This document shows, piece by piece, positions 58,839-64,000 of a stretch of 64,000 nucleotides of DNA (within the stretch, counting starts at the first letter, position 1; every line of letters begins with the position of its first letter). The position numbers were made by a program, and so were the translations under genes. The DNA lies in contig OZ245742.1 of NCBI GenBank assembly GCA_965227295.1, forward strand, positions 1,984,001 to 2,048,000, written 5' to 3'. The notes under the pieces are model-generated. The model was not told the origin of the DNA, searched no databases, and saw only the letters and a list, made by a program, of their open reading frames with translations. The stretch is from Leptonemataceae bacterium (GTDB taxonomy: Bacteria > Spirochaetota > Leptospiria > Leptospirales > Leptonemataceae).

Positions 58839-59529
58839 AGCCGATTCCGTGTCGTGTGATAAAATGCCGGGGTTTCTGCGGATTGTCTTCAAAAACCTTG
58901 CGAAACTTTACGATGTAGTTATCGATCGTACGATTCGTCGGAAACTCCGCCGTGCCCCAGACGCGATCCAGGATCTCATCCCGGCGCACCGGCCGTCCCC
59001 GATGTTCCACCAGCAACTCAAGGATCGCCACCTCGCGTTCGTTGAAGCGCACCGTCTCCGTTTTGCCGCGCCGGGCGACGGCGGCGTTTAATTCCACGTC
59101 CCACTCGCCGATGCGAATCTTCTCCGGCGGGGCGGAGGCCTCCCGCTGCCACTGGCTGCGTCGGAGCTGGGCCTGGACCCGGGCGAGCAGTTCACCGAGA
59201 TCAAAGGGCTTCGTAAGATAGTCGTCCGCACCCGCCGCCAGGCCGGCGAGTTTGTCCTCGGCGGCATCCCTGGCCGTAAGGAAGATTACGGGAAAGAACA
59301 GCTTCTGATTTCGAAGCGAACGGCACAGGTCCAGGCCGTCCAGCTCGCCGGGCATCTTAATGTCCAGTATGCCCAGGTCGAACTCCGCGCCGTCGGCCTG
59401 GATGTTGCGCAGGGCCGCTTCGGCGTCGGGAAATTCCGTGACGGTGTAACCTTCGGCTTCCAGGTTCATGCGGATGCCCCGGCGCAGGCCGTCTTCGTCC
59501 TCGACTAAAAGTATACGATCCGAACTCAT
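58822..59529 (-). CDS. OmpR-family response regulator (Leptospira HemR/Rrlep-like)
   Basis: LVEDE, LDIKMP, GADDYLTKPF, RTIDNYIVKFRK, HGIGY; located within the hem operon. Confidence 0.9.
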   Translation of the reverse strand: MSSDRILLVEDEDGLRRGIRMNLEAEGYTVTEFPDAEAALRNIQADGAEFDLGILDIKMPGELDGLDLCRSLRNQKLFFPVIFLTARDAAEDKLAGLAAGADDYLTKPFDLGELLARVQAQLRRSQWQREASAPPEKIRIGEWDVELNAAVARRGKTETVRFNEREVAILELLVEHRGRPVRRDEILDRVWGTAEFPTNRTIDNYIVKFRKVFEDNPQKPRHFITRHGIGYELSQ

Positions 59530-60650
59530 CTCCCGGGGACAGCCTCAGATCTTGTATTATTAGAAGTTAGCCGTGCAATGCTACCGGGGATGCGCAGTTC
59601 GAAACATGCTCCGCGACCGGTCCCCTCGGAAAACGCACGCACGCGCCCGCCGGAGCCCTCCACGATTTCTTTCACGATATACAGGCCGATGCCGCTGCCC
59701 CGCACGGGACGCCGGCCTTCGCCGGTCAGCCGGTAGAACGCGTGGAAGACGTTATCCAGTTCCGCCGGCGGAATGCCCGCCCCCTGATCAGCAAAACGCA
59801 GGATGATCAGGCGCCGACCGCGATCCGAACTCGCTTCGATCTTCAGCACCGGTGGTCGTTCGCCGGTATACGTGACGGCGTTCTGCACAAGATTGTCCAC
59901 CACACGCCGGAAGTCGTCGGCATGCATGGCAATGCACAGTTCCGACGGCACGGCGATGCTCAGGTTCTCGGGGAGCAGGCCCAGGCCTTCCAGGCGTGCC
60001 TTGTTTTCTGCGAAGTATTGTTCGAGGCATCGGCGCAGAGATAGGCCGGGGGCGGTCTGTGCTCCTGGCGTGGAGCCGCGCCGGGCCAGCCGGCCGCTGT
60101 GCAGGATGTTGTTCAGTTGTTCTTCCAGGCGCCGCGTGTCGGCGATGCCGGCCTCGATCAGTTCGCGCCGCTGCTCCGGCGGCGGATCGCGTTTGAGTAC
60201 GGTTTGTAAGTTCAGGAGAATAGAAGTTAGCGGCGTTTTTAGCTCGTGAGTGACCGAGTCGATGAAAACGTGGCGTTCGTGGTTCAGCTTGCGTTCGCGT
60301 TGCACGGCCCGGATGACGCGAACGTGACCGTAGCCTATGACCAGGATCACGAAGATCGTTTCGGAGAGCAGCATAATGAAGCGCCGCCGGGATTCCGCGG
60401 CGCGCCGGGCCTGTACTTCCGGGTCCGGCAACCAGCGTTGCGTCCCGGCGTCGTAGCGCAGTCCGCTGCGATCACCTTCGATTCCGGCATTGGCCAGGGC
60501 CAGGCGGGCCGCATCGAGTTCGGAACGCAGTCGGGCACTCTCGTTTTCGTTGCGCTGGAAAAAGATCAGCCACCAGACCAACTGCGCGACGATCAGTGCG
60601 AGCATGCCCAGCGCGATCAGCACCAGGATGGTACTGGAGCGGCCCTTCAT
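59526..60650 (-). CDS. Sensor histidine kinase (Leptospira Hklep-like)
   Basis: Two TMs, HELKTPL, NLVQNAVTY, DQGAGI, GSGIGL. Confidence 0.92.
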   Translation of the reverse strand: MKGRSSTILVLIALGMLALIVAQLVWWLIFFQRNENESARLRSELDAARLALANAGIEGDRSGLRYDAGTQRWLPDPEVQARRAAESRRRFIMLLSETIFVILVIGYGHVRVIRAVQRERKLNHERHVFIDSVTHELKTPLTSILLNLQTVLKRDPPPEQRRELIEAGIADTRRLEEQLNNILHSGRLARRGSTPGAQTAPGLSLRRCLEQYFAENKARLEGLGLLPENLSIAVPSELCIAMHADDFRRVVDNLVQNAVTYTGERPPVLKIEASSDRGRRLIILRFADQGAGIPPAELDNVFHAFYRLTGEGRRPVRGSGIGLYIVKEIVEGSGGRVRAFSEGTGRGACFELRIPGSIARLTSNNTRSEAVPGR

Positions 60651-61936
60651 CGATTCTGGAAATACTCTTTGAGAACCTCGAGCAGACGATAGATCTGCAC
60701 CTCGGACATTACGCTGCTCAGAAAACCCACCTCGTAACCGGACGGTGCCAGATACACACCGCGGTCCAGGCAGTGCCGGTGTAGACCCTTGTAGGTATCC
60801 ATGGTGGCATCACGCTGGATGTGGTCGGCGCGGCGGGGAGCCGGTCCGTCGCCGCGGTAGAGCCAGAAGATGGACTGGATGTTTTGCATCTTCCAGTCGA
60901 AGCCGAATTTGTTGAACTCGGTCATGAGCAACCGGCCGAGGCGTTCCAGGTTTTTGTAAAGTGAATCTTCGAGTAACTTAAGCTGCGCCAGGCCCGCGGC
61001 CATGGCCACCGGATTGCCGGAGAGCGTGCCCGCCTGGTAGACCGGTCCGTCCGGTGCGAGCTTTTCGAAAATTTCCGCGCGCCCGGCGAAGGCGCCCACG
61101 GGCATGCCGCCGCCGATGATCTTGCCGTAACATACCAGGTCCGGTTCGATTTCGTAGTACTCCGCCGCGCCGCCGAAGCCCACGCGAAAGCCGCTGATGA
61201 CTTCGTCGAAGATCAAGAGCGCGCCTTTTTCGCGGCACAACCGGGCGATTGTCTTTAGAAATTCCGGGCGCTGCAGTAAGAGGCCGTTGTTTGCCGGGAC
61301 GGGCTCCAGGCATACCGCGGCGATTTCGTCGCCGTAGGTATCGAAGGCTTCGCGCAGGGCCGCGTCATCGTCCAGGGGCAGGACGATGGTATGTGCCGTG
61401 AACGACGGCGGAACTCCCGCGCTGTCCGGCACGCCGGATGTTACCAGGCCGGAGCCGGCCTTCACGAGCATGGAGTCCACGTGGCCGTGATAGCAACCTT
61501 CGAACTTAATGATCTTTTTGCGATCGGTAAAGCCCCGGGCCAGGCGCAGGGCCGACATGACGGCCTCGGTGCCGGAGTTTACGAAGCGAACTTTTTCTAT
61601 GGAGGGAACCCGCGGCTTCAGGTGTTCGATGATGTACTCGGCGAGCAGGACCGCGCCCTCGCAGGGCGTGCCGAAGGTGAGCGCACGATCGATCTGTGCC
61701 TTCACGGCCTTCACGATCTCGGGATGACGATGGCCGGTGATGAGCGGTCCCCAGGAACAGCAAAAGTCGATGAACTCGTTGCCGTCTTCATCTACCAGAC
61801 GATGGCCTTCGCCGCTCTTCATGAACAGCGGTGTGCCGCCCACGGAGCGAAAGGCCCGCACGGGGCTGTGCACGCCGCCGGGGACCACCGCCTTCGCGCG
61901 CTCGTATAGTTCTCGGGATCGTGATTCTTGAATCAT
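60647..61936 (-). CDS. hemL: Glutamate-1-semialdehyde 2,1-aminomutase
   Basis: PGGVHSPVR, SWGP, NSGTEA, GCYHG, GKIIGGG, YQAGTLSGNP. Confidence 0.97.
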   Translation of the reverse strand: MIQESRSRELYERAKAVVPGGVHSPVRAFRSVGGTPLFMKSGEGHRLVDEDGNEFIDFCCSWGPLITGHRHPEIVKAVKAQIDRALTFGTPCEGAVLLAEYIIEHLKPRVPSIEKVRFVNSGTEAVMSALRLARGFTDRKKIIKFEGCYHGHVDSMLVKAGSGLVTSGVPDSAGVPPSFTAHTIVLPLDDDAALREAFDTYGDEIAAVCLEPVPANNGLLLQRPEFLKTIARLCREKGALLIFDEVISGFRVGFGGAAEYYEIEPDLVCYGKIIGGGMPVGAFAGRAEIFEKLAPDGPVYQAGTLSGNPVAMAAGLAQLKLLEDSLYKNLERLGRLLMTEFNKFGFDWKMQNIQSIFWLYRGDGPAPRRADHIQRDATMDTYKGLHRHCLDRGVYLAPSGYEVGFLSSVMSEVQIYRLLEVLKEYFQNR

Positions 61937-61966
61937 AGTGATAATTCCTGGATCTGCGCGCGGGCC

Positions 61967-63745
61967 TCAGGCCGGTGGGGGGCCGTAGAGCGCGTCGATC
62001 AATCCATCGTAATCCGGTTCGTCGGGGCAGGCGTAAACCGCTTTTCCAAGGCGTCGCAATTCTTCGGCCGTCGTCGGGCCGAGAGCGCAGTAGCGCCAGC
62101 CCGTATCGTTTGTGTCGGGCGTCCATGCCGTGGCGAAGCTCTGCACCGCGGACGGACTGCCGAACAGCAGATAGGCCTCGCGCGGGAGCGCGTTCAGTGC
62201 GTCTTCTGACGGCGGAATGCTTTCTGTTCGGTACAGACTCAACTTCAGCGTGCCGACTCCGGCTTCAAACAGGATTTCATAAAACTCTTCACGCCCGCGT
62301 TCCGCCGCCACGGCCAGCACCCCGCCCAGTTCGCCGACATCGTCCGCGCTCAGCACGTGCGCCAGGCCCGCGCCGGTGCCGTCGTCACTGAAGAAATGCG
62401 GTTCGGCACCGAAGAAATCGCGGACGGCGGCGGCGGTGCGTTCGCCGACGACGCCCCATTCGACACCGGCAAAATCGTGGCCGGTTTCGTCGGCAAGATT
62501 GCGCAGGGCCCGCGCACCGGCGATGCTGAACAAGGCCAGCACACGTCGGCCGGGCGTGCCCGCGAGAAAGTTGTCCAGGTCTTTGCCGGCCCGTGGGTCC
62601 TCGTGGAACGAATCCACCGTGCGCAGCAGCGGCAGCGCCGTGAGCGGAAGCTCCGGACGACGCGCCAGGATCTCTGCAATGCGATCCTCTTTCCCCGTGA
62701 CGACCGCGGGCAACGTTCTCTGAATCTCGGTTGCGACGAAGCGTGCGAGATCCTCCGGAGTATGCGCGGCGCGGTGCAGATGAAAGGACGTCCCCCGGCG
62801 GTTGTCCTCGGCCTGGCGTCCGAGAAAGACGTACATGCGTGCTTCGGTTAAAGCGATGTTGCTAGAAGTTTGTGCCGATAGATTTATGATTTCGCAGCCG
62901 GCGCCCAGAGGTAGGTGGCAACCGCCCTCCAGGGCCGCCAGCAGGCCGCGCTCCGCCGTGAGGGCCGCCGCGGCCTGCGCGTCGTGCAATTGAGCGAGGA
63001 TGGAGCGCGTTGCTTGATCGTCTTCACGACACTGAACGGCCAGAGCACCCTGGGCCGGCGCCGGTGGAAAGAACTCCGGTTTAAGCGAAACGATGTCGAG
63101 TTGTTCCAGCATCGTACTGAGCCCGGGATCGTTCGCGAAGATTCCGGCTGCGATCAAACGATCGAGGCCCGCACGCGCGAGCAGGATCGCGTCCGGTCTT
63201 TCGGCATGATCTTCATCGAACAGCTTACGTATGCGAGTGGGTACGTTGCCGCGCAGTTCCACGCAGCGCACCTCCGGAAAACGAAACTCCACGAGGGCCC
63301 GTCGTCGCACCGACGAAGTGCCGATGCGTCCGCCCCCGGCGATGAACGGCGCTTCAGTGCGCACGCGCCGTTCTTTCGGAAACACCAGGACGTCCTCGAC
63401 GGCCACGCGCTGCGGTACCGCGCCGATGCAAAGACCCGCGGGCATCAGCGACGGCAGATCCTTGTACGAATGCACGGCCAGGTCGATGCGGCCGTCCAGC
63501 AACGCATCTTCCAGTTCCTTCGTGAACACGCCTTTGCGTTCGCTCGCCGTGGCGCCGGCGCTCGCCTCGCTTTCGCCGACCAGATGCAGTGGTACGTCTA
63601 ACACACGATCACCGCGAGTTTGGATGATGGTGATTTCCGTTTGCACGTCGCCGGGCAGTGACCCCAGGCGTTCGGCGACGTACCGGGATTGAGTCAGAGC
63701 CAGGTCTGAACCCCGGCTCCCGATGCGAATCAACCGGGAACTCAT
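61967..63745 (-). CDS. hemC: Hydroxymethylbilane synthase fused to uroporphyrinogen-III synthase (HemC-HemD)
   Basis: IGSRGSDLALTQ, KGVFTKELE, AVHSYKD, GTSSVRR, LEGGC. HemD-like tail VGERTA, YRT, SPSAV, LGPTTA. ATG at 63745. Confidence 0.92.
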   Translation of the reverse strand: MSSRLIRIGSRGSDLALTQSRYVAERLGSLPGDVQTEITIIQTRGDRVLDVPLHLVGESEASAGATASERKGVFTKELEDALLDGRIDLAVHSYKDLPSLMPAGLCIGAVPQRVAVEDVLVFPKERRVRTEAPFIAGGGRIGTSSVRRRALVEFRFPEVRCVELRGNVPTRIRKLFDEDHAERPDAILLARAGLDRLIAAGIFANDPGLSTMLEQLDIVSLKPEFFPPAPAQGALAVQCREDDQATRSILAQLHDAQAAAALTAERGLLAALEGGCHLPLGAGCEIINLSAQTSSNIALTEARMYVFLGRQAEDNRRGTSFHLHRAAHTPEDLARFVATEIQRTLPAVVTGKEDRIAEILARRPELPLTALPLLRTVDSFHEDPRAGKDLDNFLAGTPGRRVLALFSIAGARALRNLADETGHDFAGVEWGVVGERTAAAVRDFFGAEPHFFSDDGTGAGLAHVLSADDVGELGGVLAVAAERGREEFYEILFEAGVGTLKLSLYRTESIPPSEDALNALPREAYLLFGSPSAVQSFATAWTPDTNDTGWRYCALGPTTAEELRRLGKAVYACPDEPDYDGLIDALYGPPPA

Positions 63746-63755
63746 ACGTGATCGT

Positions 63756-64000
63756 TCAGGTCCCGGCGACTTCTTCGCGTCCGCCGTAGTAATGCCGGAG
63801 GATGTCTTCCAGGCCGCGGCGATGCAGGCGATTGAGGTCACGGTTGGCGCGAATGGCCCAGTCGTAGAGTACCCGTCGGTCGCGGGCGCTGAGATGGGCC
63901 AGGCGTTCGGCCAGCAGATCGTCGAGATGGCGGCGGGACTTGTTGCGGACCTCGCGTTGCAGGCGGGTCATGACCGGGGCGGAGAGCCCGGTGATGAGCG
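63756..64000 (-). CDS. hemA: C-terminal part of probable glutamyl-tRNA reductase
   Basis: Open frame entering from the window end; helical C-terminus; position upstream of hemCD. Positional inference only. Confidence 0.55.
   Translation of the reverse strand, partial: LITGLSAPVMTRLQREVRNKSRRHLDDLLAERLAHLSARDRRVLYDWAIRANRDLNRLHRRGLEDILRHYYGGREEVAGT

Overview
This is a GC-rich bacterial chromosomal segment, most likely from a Leptospiraceae (Leptospira/Leptonema/Turneriella-like) spirochete. That assignment is inferred from the hemA-hemCD-hemL-HK-RR-hemE operon, a bPAC-like cyclase, a CheX-like protein and a 7TM-DISM chemoreceptor. Housekeeping content includes rplM-rpsI, PBP1A, an S1-domain protein, the suf Fe-S operon, uppP, fliS and hem genes. 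The main points of interest are: (1) a complete STM4015-STM4011-type operon of unknown function (WGR+LRR protein, ATP-grasp enzyme, metallo-hydrolase, two radical SAM enzymes); (2) a membrane histidine kinase + LuxI/FeeM-like acyltransferase + NarL regulator trio that resembles an undescribed signal synthase/receptor circuit; (3) a photoactivated adenylyl cyclase with the BLUF core deleted; (4) a group IIC intron inserted into a dispersed palindromic repeat; (5) MITE-like hairpins and about 5.4 kb of partly decayed genes interrupting the suf operon; (6) btaAB betaine-lipid genes and an sxtIJK-like carbamoyltransferase locus; (7) a cupin-Rdx fusion missed by the ORF track. All family calls come from motif recognition by eye; no searches were run. 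I found no rRNA, tRNA or CRISPR array.
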